Shown here: positions 41,902 to 54,489 of the stretch, piece after piece
Layout: each line of letters begins with the position of its first letter
Numbering within the stretch: the stretch's first letter is position 1
Assembly: GCA_002269645.1 (NCBI GenBank)
Contig: NIVC01000188.1
Coordinates: 1 to 64,000, forward strand
Reading direction: 5' to 3'
DNA length: 64,000 bases
Source: Macrostomum lignano
Taxonomy: Eukaryota
Translations under genes and position numbers: made by a program
Notes under the pieces: generated by a model
The model's input: only the letters and a program-made list of their open reading frames with translations
Database searches by the model: none
Told to the model about the DNA's origin: nothing

Positions 41902-42203
41902 CTAAATACGCGCTTGTGACTTCAAAGTTCTGATGTTTCGAAATTAAAGTCTATAAAACTTTGACGTTTTGATAGCTGATTAAAGAATAAAGCAAATAAA
42001 GCATTTAGAAAAAAGTTGGAAAGTATAAGAATTGAAAACTCCAAATCCTGGTTCAAGGTGTCCTTGGTTGGCACCGCGTGAAAGCTGAAACCGTTCAGTT
42101 TTCGTCTGACCGGCCCAAGCGTGTGTCAGCTGTGTTGTATAAAAATTAGCAAACCTGTTAGTCCCGAGCTGACCAAGTCAATTTCGAACCGACAAACTTG
42201 CAG

Positions 42204-43156
42204 ATGCCTCCTTCCCGAAGCGCAGATTCGCGTCTCCAGTTCAAGTTGATATTGTCTTGCCTACAATGGGAAACAAGCTGTCCTCAAACGGTGCAGAATA
42301 CGTGGATGATGAAGCCAGTTTAAGCCTAGGCGAAGACTTCTCAGACTCCTCGTTAGAACTCAACGACAGCCGCTCTGTTGCTGCGGTCTCTTCAACCGAT
42401 GCAGCTGCAGATCCTGCTGTCAACGACACAACATCAGGCGGACGTCAGAACCTGGCTTTCGCGCCCAGCCTCAAAGACGTCAGCGCCAGAGCAGTTGCCA
42501 TTAGTGCACCGCAACCCCAGCCAGACAGTGGAACACCAGATCCCATCTCCAAGAGTCCCGCTAGTCCCTCTCCGGCCGCAGGGACTCGAATCTGTCCAAT
42601 CCTACAGAACGGCCGCCAGGTGACCAAGGACTTCTACTGGGTTCTGCCGGAGCGACAGGCCAGACGGAATCAACTTTCTGGCGGCATTGTCGAGTACGAG
42701 AACTTCGGCGAAGTCCGGCCGCCAGCACCTCCGCCAAGGAGAGTCTGCCGATCTGAGTCTAGCGGCGGGGTCGCTGGCGCAGGCGTCGGCAGCGGCAGCA
42801 GCGGCAGCGGCACCTTCCGTCGAGCGAAGAAGCTGTGCCGTAGAGCAACATCCTCAGCTTTATCGCCTGGATCTGCTATAGCATCGTCGGCTGCTTCCGC
42901 GTTGCTGCCTCATCAATGGCAGCAAAGCCAGGTGCGTCAGGTTCAAGATTCAGTTCCGGGGGTCACCGAGGACGAGTGCTGCCTGGCCCTAGGGCTGAAC
43001 AGCGGCGACACCCGACTGGCTGTTCAATTTCTGAAAGTTGAGCAACTGTTCAGGCTGGGCCTGGCGGAGCGGACTGCCTGTCTGGCTGAACTGCGGGCCT
43101 GCAGCTGGTGCCTGGAGACCGCTGGGAACTCCCTCACTGACAAGATGACCAGCTGA
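42204..43156 (+). CDS. ACK/TNK2-type C-terminal region: Mig6-homology segment plus tandem UBA-like domains; terminal exon or stand-alone ORF
   Basis: ICPILQNGRQVTKDFYWVLPER resembles the ACK1/Mig6 EGFR-binding motif ([22 protein letters not shown], from memory). VPGVTEDEC...AVQFLKVEQLF.LGL...C...L..C.WCLETAG resembles the ACK C-terminal UBA region. Candidate acceptor ttgcag ends at 42203; in-frame ATG at 42266. Confidence 0.7.
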
Positions 43157-43215
43157 GCTCATCTGGATGCTTATCGAATGTGAGTAACTGCTGTCATTCA
43201 GTTTAACCCACTGCC

Positions 43216-44242
43216 ATTCACCGCATCTGAATGTGCTTCACCCCATCTCTCTCTCATTCACCCCATCTCTCTGTCATTCACTCCATCTCTCTGTCATTCA
43301 CCCCATCTCTCTGTCTTTCACCCTATCTCAATGTGATTCACCCTATCTCAATGTGATTCACCCTATCTCAATGTAATTGATCCCATCTCAATGTGATTCA
43401 CCCCATCTCAATGTGATTCACCCCATCTCAATGTGATTCACCCCATCTCAATGTGATTCACCCCATCTCAATGTGATTCACCCCATCTCAATGTGATTCA
43501 CCCCATCTCAATGTGATTCACACAATCTCAATGCGATTCACACAATCTCAATGTGATTCACACAATCTCAATGTGATTCACACCATCTCAATGTGATTCA
43601 CCCCATCTGAATGTGATTCACCCTATCTGAATGTGATTTACCCCATCTGAATGTGATTCACCCCATCTGAATGTGATTCACCCCATCTCGATGTGATTCA
43701 CCCCATCTCAATGTGATTCACCCCATCTCAATGTGATTCACCCTATCTGAATGTGATTCACCCCATCTCAATGCGATTCACACAATCTCAATGTGATTCA
43801 CACAATCTCAATGAAATTCACACAATGTCAATGTGATTCACCCCATCTCAATGCGATTCACACAATCTCAATGTGATTCACACAATCTCAATGTGATTCA
43901 CCCCATCTCAATGCGATTCACACAATCTCAATGTGATTCACACAATCTCAATGTGATTCACACAATCTCAATGTGATTCACACAATCTCAATGCGATTCA
44001 CACAATCTCAATGTGATTCACACAATCTCAATGTGATTCACACAATCTCAATGCGATTCACACAATCTCAATGTGATTCACACAATCTCAATGTGATTCA
44101 CACAATCTTAATGTGATTCACACAATCTCAATGTGATTCACACCATCTCAATGTGATTCACACCATCTCAATGTGATTCACACAATCTTAATGTGATTCA
44201 CACAATCTCAATGTGATTCACACCATCTCAATGTGATTCACA
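43216..44242. repeat. 20-bp minisatellite atctcaatgtgattcac(ccc/aca), ~51 copies
   Basis: Period 20; lies between two convergent gene ends. Confidence 0.96.
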
Positions 44243-44804
44243 AAGTTTCTCTACAATTTATTTTACCAAGAATTTGTCAAAATCCCGTAAATTAATTTCA
44301 GCTTGGAAGCTGACGACACAGAAGATTAAAGATTAAAGGTTGAAACCGAGCCTATAGCCTCAATGTCCGAAAATTCTTCCTGAAACTTCAATCCACCCAG
44401 AATTTTATAAAGTTAGCTTCTGTTTCTTTGACTGACTACTTCCAAAATAATATTAAAATACATATTTACTTACTGTACTACTTCTATCAGTAATCTTGTG
44501 ATAGCGCCGCCATACAAGTACAAAGAGACCCTTGCATGCAGTTGTACAGCTCTCGTCTTCATCAGCAGGCAGTTTCTGTGTTCATTGTTTTGTTGTTTTG
44601 TTTATAGCGCTGGACGTCGTTCTTGCATGCGTCTTCCCGTTTGCTCGTTTCTTACCTCGAAGGAAAATACATGTGCAGACTGACTGAGCTGTTGCGGATT
44701 GCCGATGGGATCTCCGTGTCTACTTGAATTGTATCATATCAGCAGTAGTAAACTAGGAGTTTTACGAGCGTATTGTCCTTTTTTACATTTCAGGATAAAA
44801 TGCC

Positions 44805-45430
44805 TGCCTCTCAAATCCCCAGTTGCTGGGCCAGACTTCCAGATCCTCGGTTGCTGGGCCAGCCTCTCAAATCCCCAGTTGCTGGGCCAGCCTCCCAGAG
44901 TGTCAGTTGCTGGGCCAGCCTAGATCCTCAGTCGCTGGGCCAGCCTCCCAGATCGTCAGTTGCTGGGCCAGCCTCCCAGAGTGTCAGTTGCTGGGCCAGC
45001 CTCCCAGATCCCCAGTTGCTGGGCCAGCCTCCCAGATCCCCAGTTGCTGGGCCAGCCTCCCAGAGTGTCAGTTGCTGGGCCAGCCTCCCAGATCCTCAGT
45101 TGCTGGGCCAGCCTCCCAGAGTGTCAGTTGCTGGGCCAGCCTAGATCCTCAGTCGCTGGGCCAGCCTCCCAGATCGTCAGTTGCTGGGCCAGCCTCCCAG
45201 AGTGTCAGTTGCTGGGCCAGCCTAGATCCTCAGTCGCTGGGCCAGCCTCCCAGATCGTCAGTTGCTGGGCCAGCCTCCCAGAGTGTCAGTTGCTGGGCCA
45301 GCCTCCCAGAGTGTCAGTTGCTGGGCCAGCCTCCCAGAGTGTCAGTTGCTGGGCCAGCCTCCCAGAGTGTCAGTTGCTGGGCCAGCCTCCCAGATCCTCA
45401 GTTGCTGGGCCAGCCTCCCAGATCCTCAGT
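44805..45430. repeat. 28-bp minisatellite cagttgctgggccagcctcccaga(gtgt/tcct/tccc/tcgt), ~22 copies
   Basis: Period 28, with occasional shorter units. Confidence 0.95.
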
Positions 45431-46419
45431 AACTACTTAACTGGGTTATTATTAATAAAAAAGAATTTTAAAAAACAAATAGCAACATTTTTATCAACTG
45501 AATAGTTTAAAAAGAATTATTGTTAACTACATATTTATCTACTGTGGATAAATTATTGTACAGTAGCACTGAATAAAAACAGGATAAACATTCACCCAAT
45601 GCATATGTAGTCTGCAATAAGTTGCAATGAATAAAAATAATGAAAAAATAACACACAGAGTTTTAAAAATGTGTGCTTTACAGTCTTTTGCAAAAGTTTT
45701 ACACGTCAAAAAATAGTGTCTATGGGGAATTTTACGCCCGTCAAAACAGGTAGAAACTTCTGGGTCTGCGCGAGGAACTGATCGGTCGGTCTGTTTTAGA
45801 CGGTAATTGAGCTTTGTTATTTTCGATGGCAGTCGAATCGCTCGGGTACTCGTTCTAAAATACGACAGAAATATTTGTTCGAAAGAAATGAAGTCTTCTG
45901 TTCTAGCAATACATATATACATGTATGTAATGTTCAAGTAACAATAAAGGTCAAATATTTACCTTCTTACGAACGAGCACCACAATGAAATAAGTCGTAA
46001 TTAAAATAACAATTAATCCGGAAGTTGAGCCAAGACCAATTAGCAAAATTTTCTTTACGCTGACTGAATGCGAGTCTGCAAATAATTAACAAAAAATTCA
46101 AATTTAATTAAGTTGTACTTTAAATAAGCTTGAAAGTGCACATTTAATTAAGTGATGGCGTGATGTACATGTACATTAAGTGTACTTTTAAGTAAGTGTT
46201 TGTAAGTGTACTTTTAGGTAATATTTTGAGGTGTAGCTACTCTACAAGTGTTTTTAAGTATACTTTTGAAGAAGTATTTCCGTGACGTCAATTTGCAGTT
46301 ACAGGTAGCTAATTAAAGTTTGTCTTTGATGTTAATTTAACTTCCAAAGACGCTCTGAATGAGTTCGATAAACAATACATTTAATATAGGGGTTCTCAAT
46401 AAAACAGACCACTACTTAC

Positions 46420-49400
46420 CTGAGCTGCATTTCCTAACAATATTATTTAAACTCTTAGTTACTCTCCAAATTTCGTCACCGGTAAAATTTCTCTGGACAA
46501 TGCTGCACTCCAGGTGATGTACAATTAATGGACAATTAATACATGACAACTGCTCTAAGTACATGCTCCCGTTCAAGATTGTACTGGATTCCAATTTCAG
46601 CTGCAACTGAGATTTCAAATCGGTAGAGCTCGCAGCCGCGCAAGTTCGTTCAATTTGGCCACGATGGATTCGCGGATACTCAAGATGGAACCGCAATTTG
46701 TTTTCTTGAGCTGAGCTGTCGCAGTTTGCTGATAATTCGTCTTTTGGTTGGTAAAGCCTTATTGGAGGATCTGATAGTGCAAAGCAACATGCTTTTTGAA
46801 ACTGAGAAAGATAGAAGGCGATGGACAGAGGCGAGAGGTAGAGAGAGGAGAGGTAAAAAAGGGGTGAAAGGAAGCGGAAAGGAGACAGGTGAGGGAGAAG
46901 GTCGAGAGGGAGAGTGGGGAAAGGAGACAGTTGAGGGAGGAGGTAGAGAGGGAGAGTGGGGAAAGGAGACAGGTGAGGGAGGAGGTAGAGAGGGAGAGTG
47001 GGGAAAGGAGACAGGCGAGGGAGGAGGTAGAGAGGGAGAGTGGGGAAAGGAGACAGGCGAGGGAGGAGGTAGAGAGGGAGAGTGGGGAAAGGAGACAGTT
47101 GAGGGAGGAGGTTGAGAGGGAGAGTGGGGAAAGGAGACAGGTGAGGGAGAAGGTTGAGAGGGAGAGTGGGGAAAGGAGACAGGTGAGGGAGGAGGTTGAG
47201 AGGGAGAGTGGGGAAAGGAGACAGGTGAGGGAGGAGGTAGAGAGGGAGAGTGGGGAAAGGAGACAGGTGAGGGAGGAGGTTGAGAGGGAGAGTGGGGAAA
47301 GGAGACAGTTGAGGGAGGAGGTTGAGAGGGAGAGTGGGGAAAGGAGACAGTTGAGGGAGGAGGTTGAGAGGGGGAGTGGGGAAAGGAGACAGTTGAGGGA
47401 GGAGGTTGAGAGGGAGAGTGGGGAAAGGAGACAGTTGAGGGAGGAGGTAGAGAGGGAGAGTGGGGAAAGGAGACAGGTGAGGGAGGAGGTTGAGAGGGAG
47501 AGTGGGGAAAGGAGACAGTTGAGGGAGGAGGTTGAGAGGGAGAGTGGGGAAAGGAGACAGGTGAGGGAGGAGGTAGAGAGGGAGAGTGGGGAAATGAGAC
47601 AGTTGAGGGAGGAGGTAGAGAGGGAGAGTGGGGAAAGGAGACAGTTGAGGGAGGAGGTTGAGAGGGAGAGTGGGGAAAGGAGACAGTTGAGGGAGGAGGT
47701 TGAGAGGGAGAGTGGGGAAAGGAGACAGGTGAGGGAGGAGGTTGAGAGGGAGAGTGGGGAAAGGAGACAGGTGAGGGAGGAGGTAGAGAGGGAGAGTGGG
47801 GAAAGGAGACAGGTGAGGGAGGAGGTAGAGAGGGAGAGTGGGGAAAGGAGACAGGTGAGGGAGGAGGTAGAGAGGGAGAGTGGGGAAAGGAGACAGGTGA
47901 GGGAGGAGGTAGAGAGGGAGAGTGGGGAAAGGAGACAGGTGAGGGAGAAGGTTGAGAGGGAGAGTGGGGAAAGGAGACAGGTGAGGGAGGAGGTTGAGAG
48001 GGAGAGTGGGGAAAGGAGACAGGTGAGGGAGGAGGTAGAGAGGGAGAGTGGGGAAAGGAGACAGGGGAGAGAGGAGGTTGAGAGGGAGAGTGGGGAAAGG
48101 AGACAGTTGAGGGAGGAGGTAGAGAGGGAGAGTGGGGAAAGGAGACAGTTGAGGGAGGAGGTAGAGAGGGAGAGTGGGGAAAGGAGACAGGTGAGGGAGG
48201 AGGTAGAGAGGGAGAGTGGGGAAAGGAGACAGGTGAGGGAGGAGGTAGAGAGGGAGAGTGGGGAAAGGAGACAGGTGAGGGAGGAGGTAGAGAGGGAGAG
48301 TGGGGAAAGGAGACAGGTGAGGGAGGAGGTAGAGAGGGAGAGTGGGGAAAGGAGACAGGTGAGGGAGGAGGTAGAGAGGGAGAGTGGGGAAAGGAGACAG
48401 GTGAGGGAGGAGGTAGAGAGGGAGAGTGGGGAAAGGAGACAGGGGAGAGAGGGAGAAGGTTGAGAGTGAGAGTGGGGAAAGGAGACAGGGGAGAGAGAAG
48501 GTAGAGATCGATGGATAGATTTAAACAGGCACACAATACTAAAAACTACTCAAAAGCCATAGCAACTAGCAATTAATCTCACTGGCAGGATCGATTCTGT
48601 GCAGCCACAGGTTGGTGAAACTCATGGCTTGCCTTAACGCTTGGGACTCGTCAATCACTCGCTTTCTTAGCAGCATCATGACAGCCTGCGAAAGTGCGAG
48701 AACTTTAGTTAGACATAAAAGTTCAACGTGTACTTTAAAAAGTAATTAACTGTCGCTCACCTGATAATTGTGGCAAGAAACGGTGGTTGCAGTGAGATTA
48801 GTGACGCCGCAATGGTGCCATGTGGGAGTCTCTATGGCAAGGGGCAGATCTCCTGCAAAGCAGTGCTCAGAACCAAAGTCGAATAATTGAGACGAAAGCC
48901 AGACTTCGATGTTGTCCGATTGGGTCAGCAAATTTGCTTGCTGGTCAGAATTTCTCAAAGTTTCTGCAACAAAAGTTAGTTAATACTTAATCTACCTATT
49001 GGCGCCTCGACCTACCAGTTGGCGCCTCTTAATCTACCATTTGGCGCCGCAATCTACCATTTAGCGCCTCAATCTATCATTTAGCGCCTCAATCTACTAT
49101 TTGACGCCTCAATCTACCATTTAGCGCCTCAATCTACCATTTGGCGCCCAAATCTACTATTTGGCGCCCAATCTACCCTTTGACGCCTCAATCTACCAAT
49201 TGGCGCCCAAATCTACTATTTGACGCGTCAATCTACCATTTGGCGCCTTAATTTACCATTTGGCACCTCAATCTACCCTTTGACGCCTCAATCTACCATT
49301 TAGCGCCTCAATCTACCATTTAGCGCCTCAATCTACCATTTAGCGCCTCAATCTACTATTTGACGCGTCAATCTACCATTTAGCGCCTCAATCTACTATT

Positions 49401-52400
49401 TGACGCGTCAATCTACCATTTAGCGCCCAAATCTACCATTTAGCGCCTCAATCTATCATTTAGCGCCTCAATCTACCATTTAGCGCCTCAATCTACCATT
49501 TAGCGCCTCAATCTATCATTTAGCGCCTCAATCTACCATTTAGCGCCTCAATCTACCATTTAGCGCCTCAATCTACTATTTGACGCGTCAATCTACCATT
49601 TAGCGCCTCAATCTACTATTTGACGCGTCAATCTACCATTTAGCGCCCAAATCTACCATTTAGCGCCTCAATCTATCATTTAGCGCCTCAATCTACCATT
49701 TAGCGCCTCAATCTACCATTTAGCGCCTCAATCTACCATTTAGCGCCTCAATCTACTATTTGACGCGTCAATCTACCATTTAGCGCCTCAATCTACTATT
49801 TGACGCGTCAATCTACCATTTAGCGCCTCAATCTACCATTTAGCGCCTCAATCTACCATTTAGCGCCTCAATCTACTATTTGACGCGTCAATCTACCATT
49901 TAGCGCCTCAATCTACTATTTGACGCGTCAATCTACCATTTAGCGCCTCAATCTACTATTTGACGCGTCAATCTACCATTTAGCGCCTCAATCTACCATT
50001 TGGCGCCCAAATCTACTATTTGGCGCCCAATCTACCCTTTGACTTCTCAATCTACCATTTGGCGCCCAAATCTACTATTTGACGCGTCAATCTACCATTT
50101 GGCGCCTTAATTTACCATTTGGCACCTCAATCTACCCTTTGACGCCTCAATCTACCAATTGGCGCCTCAATCTACCATTTTGCAAATCAATCTACCATTT
50201 GGCGCCTTAATTTACTATTTGGCGCCTCAATCTACCATTTAGCGCCTCAATCTACCATTTGGCGTCTCAATAAACTATTTGGCGCCTCAATCTACCATTT
50301 GGCGCCTCCAGGTCTAGTTAGTCATCAAATAATAATAATTTAGTGCTGAAACTTCTATTCCAAATTAAAATATTTATTTGAAAGCAGTGTTAGCTCATCT
50401 ACCTTTATTCCACACGGTAACAGAAGTCACAATTTTTCTATGACGCAATCGAACTGCAAACCAATGATCGCCGGTTCCGGACCGGAAAAAACTGCTTGTA
50501 CCAATCGGGACAGTCAGTTGGCTGTAGTTTTTAAAACAGGTCGATTCAGCGCGAACCGATTGGCTGTAGCTGGATGACTGCCAGCAGTCAGCGATGCTGT
50601 TCGGAGTGATGTACAGGCGATCTGGAAGTGGGAACAGATTCACCACCTGCTCTGGGCTGTCAATCAAAATTGTGTCATTTTCATTTTCTGCACAGCAATT
50701 TTTTTTCATTTTCCACCTGAGATTTCAAAATATCGCAAGCTACCATCTGACTCTCCCAAAATACCATCTGACTCTCCCAAAATACCATCTGACTCTCCCA
50801 AGCTACCATCTGACTCTCCCAAGCTATCATCTGACTCTCCCAAGCTACCATCTGACTCTCCTAAGCTACCATCTGACTCTCCCAAGCTACCATCTGACTC
50901 TCCCAAGCTACCATCTGACTCTCCCAAGCTACCATCTGACGCTCCCAAGCTATCATCTGACTCTCCCATTTCAAGCTACCATCTGACTATCCCAAGCTAC
51001 CTTCTGACTCTCCCATTTCAAGCTACCATCTGACTCTCCCATTTCAAGCTACCATCTGACTCTCCAAGCTACCATCTGACTATCCCAAGCTACCGTCTGA
51101 CTCTCCCAAGCTACCGTTTGATTCTCTCAAGCTACAATCTGACTCTCCAAGCTACCATCTGACTCTCCCATTTCAAGCTACCATCTGACTCTCCCATTTC
51201 AAGCTACCATCTGACTCTCCCATTTCAAGCTACCATCTGACTCTCCCATTTCAAGCTACCATCTGACTCTCCCATTTCAAGCTACCATCTGACTCTCCCA
51301 TTTCAAGCTACAATCTGACTCTCCCATTTCAAGCTACCATCTGACTCTCCCATTTCAAGCTACCATCTGACTCTCCCATTTCAAGCTACCATCTGACTCT
51401 TCCATTTCAAGCTACCATCTGACTCTCCCAAGCTACAATCTGACTCTCCCAAGCTACCGTCTGATTCTCCCAAGCTACAATCAGACTTTCCCAAGCTACC
51501 GTCTGACTATCCCAATCTATCATCTGACTCTCTATTTCAAGCTACCATCTGACTATCCCAAGCTACCATCTGACTCTCCCAATCTATCATCTGACTCTCT
51601 ATTTCAAGCTACCATCTGACTATCCCAAGCTACCTTCTGACTCTCCCATTTCAAGCTACCATCTGACTCTCCCATTTCAAGCTACCATCTGACTCTCCCA
51701 TTTCAAGCTACCTTCTGACTCTCCAAGCTACCATCTGACTATCCCAAGCTACCGTCTGACTCTCCCAAGCTACCGTCTGATTCTCTCAAGCTACAATCTG
51801 ACTCTCCAAGCTACCATCTGACTCTCCCATTTCAAGCTTTCATCTGACTCTCCCATTTCAAGCTACCATCTGACTCTCCCATTTCAAGCTATCATCTGAC
51901 TCTCCCATTTCAAGCTACCATCTGACTCTCCCATTTCAAGCTACCATCTGACTCTCCCATTTCAAGCTATTATCTGACTCTCCCATTTCAAGCTATCATC
52001 TGACTCTCCCATTTCAAGCTATCATCTGACTCTCCCATTTCAAGCTACCTTCTGACTCTCCCATTTCAAGCTACCATCTGACTCTCCCATTTCAAGCTAC
52101 CATCTGACTCTCCCATTTCAAGCTACCATCTGACTCTCCCATTTCAAGCTACCTTCTGACTCTCCCATTTCAAGCTACCATCTGACTCTCCCAAGCTACC
52201 GTCTGACTCTCCCAAGCTACCGTCTGACTCTCCCAAGCTACCGTCTGACTCTCCCAAGCTACCGTCTGATTCTCTCAAGCTACAATCTGACCCTCCCAAG
52301 CTACCATCTTACTCTCCCAATCTATCATCTGACTCTCCCAATCTATCATCTGACTCTCTATTTCAAGCTACCATCTGACTATCCCAAGCTACCTTCTGAC

Positions 52401-53053
52401 TCTCCCATTTCAAGCTACCATCTGACTCTCCCATTTCAAGCTACCATCTGACTCTCCCATTTCAAGCTACCATCTGACTATCCCATTTCAAGCTACCATC
52501 TGACTATCCCAAGCTACCTTCTGACTCTCCCATTTCAAGCTACCATCTGACTCTCCCATTTCAAGCTACCATCTGACTCTCCCATTTCAAGCTACCATCT
52601 GACTCTCCCATTTCAAGCTATCATCTGACTCTCCCATTTCAAGCTATCATCTGACTCTCCCATTTCAAGCTACCATCTGACTCTCCAAGCTACCATCTGA
52701 CTATCCCAGGCTATCATCTGACTCTCCCATTTTAAGCTACCTTCTGACTCTCCAAGCTAACATCTGACTCGCCCGATTCAAGCTATACCATCTGACTCTC
52801 GAAGCTACCATCTGACTCTCCCAATTCAAGCTACCATCTGACTCTCTCAAGCTACCATCTGACTCTCCAAGCTACCATATGAATCTCAAATCAGAATGTA
52901 TAGGTTCTTCAATCTAAGCACGATCTCACCGCACCCGAGAGTTTCGCACTGACAAATTGCAAACTTACCTTCAGTAAAATCCACTGGATTATGTCTCAGT
53001 GGAGAAACGATAGGAGCAATTGAAACTAAGAATAAAAAGACTTGCCAACGCAT
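46420..53053 (-). CDS. Secreted protein with a discoidin/fucolectin (F5/8C-like) beta-sandwich region; 3' end unresolved
   Basis: Exons 53053-52969 (signal peptide MRWQVFLFLVSIAPIVSP), 50651-50403 (HWFAVRLRHRKIVTSVTVWNK, like the WxxVDL...VxxVxIxNR motif), 48963-48761, 48685-48583, 46770-46420; all GT-AG with matching phases. Weakly supported further exons: 44719-44656, 44575-44474, and from 44379. Confidence 0.55.
46876..48495. repeat. 42-bp purine-rich minisatellite gagggagagtggggaaaggagacaggtgagggaggaggtaga, ~38 copies
   Basis: Period 42; fills intron 46771-48582. Confidence 0.97.
48990..50309. repeat. 20-bp minisatellite atctaccatttagcgcctca with variants, ~66 copies
   Basis: Period 20; fills intron 48964-50402. 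Confidence 0.97.
50737..52877. repeat. Mixed 21/26-bp minisatellite ctaccatctgactctccc(atttc)aag
   Basis: Periods 21 and 26 read directly; fills intron 50652-52968. Confidence 0.97.
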
Positions 53054-53399
53054 TTTCGTTCCGTATAATGCTGTGATCAATTTAGGTTCCTTTTTCAACC
53101 TAAATGCTTTCACAGTTTTCGATGCAACTTATCGACCCAGACCCAAGAAATCAAGGTATTTGTGGCTGTTCGTAACCAACTTCCCGGAAGTGGCTTGCCG
53201 AATTTTAGCAATAAAATTTCTAATAATAGAACTATATATGGATAAACTTGGTAGACCTGTAGAAATAAACAAAATCGACTAATCCATAGTTTACATGTAA
53301 ATTGGAGTCATGCCTAATAATCTTAGGGCTATTTTCGGTTACTAAATTGACATTAAAGTCTCTCTAGGCACAATTTAAATTTATTTTCAAGTAAATATA

Positions 53400-53555
53400 G
53401 AGTGGCATATTATGATATACGCCACATGACTCCTGGTTCGATTCGGTGCGCGGCCACATTATCTTGGGGCTTGTGTGTTCGAAAATTGTCCAACCCCCAA
53501 TTGTGCCTTGAAATTGGGCCAACCCCCAAAGCACACAGAGAGCTTGCACATGCTT
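53400..53555 (+). mobile_element. Second, more decayed copy of the tRNA-derived SINE
   Basis: B box GGTTCGATTC (53435-53444). The motifs cacatta..ttggggct, gccttga, gccaacccccaa and t(g)cacatgc are collinear with the 12697-12884 copy. Confidence 0.55.
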
Positions 53556-54489
53556 GAGACTTAGAAAGTCAGGGCCGCCGTACATATGTACACCCTGTGT
53601 GAGCGTGTGTACAAGTGCGTGCCTGCGTACAGTACATGTATGTGCTCATGCAGGAGTCAGTGGAATGGGCGGCAGAATTGCCTCAGCGCTGGTAGTGAGG
53701 GACGATGTCGCCGAAGGCGTTGGCGTCAGGGTGTCCGAAGCCCTCCTTCGGTTACTATTACGTAACATTGTGTTGAGGTCATACATGTACATGTACCGAA
53801 TTGTCATTGTTGAAGTTGTTGGGTTAATGTACAATGTACAGTATCTGTTGGAGACAGGAAAAGGCGAATTAAGGTACATGTACAGTGTTCTCTTAAATGG
53901 ATTATTAGCAGAATTAATGCAATTACATCAATTTATTAGGTACAGTATTTGCGACAGCTAGGATAATACTTAAACAGAAAAATTCGTCTGAAAAATGAAA
54001 CTGCATGCATTCAACCAACTGAGCTGGGGTAGATAGCTTTTTTGCTGGTGTTGTCAAATTTTCTACCTGGCTGCAAGGCCAGAAGTGGAAAGTAGAGGGA
54101 AGAGAGGAGAGAGACCGAATTAAGAGAATAGAAGAGAGAAGAGCGAAAAGATCGAAATGGGAGAGAGAAGATGGGAGAAGAGAGAAGAAAGGATAACAGG
54201 TTTGTTTTGTGTTAATAGTTATAATACGAGCGTAGTTGTAATAGTTGTAGATGAAAGTAATGTGCCAGGTGCGCACAGTTTCTTTATTATATTTTAGTCA
54301 TCTTAGAAACACTACAGGATCGATAAATTAAAGATCGCCAGAGATTTCACGTGATCAATAATACATTATACAGTTAATTTTTCAACTACTCTACTGAAAG
54401 TGGCAGTATACGTAAAAGACACTAATAATAATGATAAAGTTAGCATTTACGTTATACCATACTTATGGTACTTATGGTAGATCGGCACG

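Noticed and set aside
41401-41919. Cys-rich QNECLQC ORF resembling metallothionein or keratin-associated proteins
   Set aside because: Pure 21-bp repeat with a non-ATG start and open frames on both strands; no unique coding flanks. It would need expression data to revive.
46889-48463. 524-aa trichohyalin-like E/R-rich ORF
   Set aside because: Translation of the 42-bp array lying antisense within an intron.
53640-53780. Possible LTR of the Gypsy element (tgttacg start on the - strand at ~53767)
   Set aside because: No polypurine tract before it and no second copy in the window.
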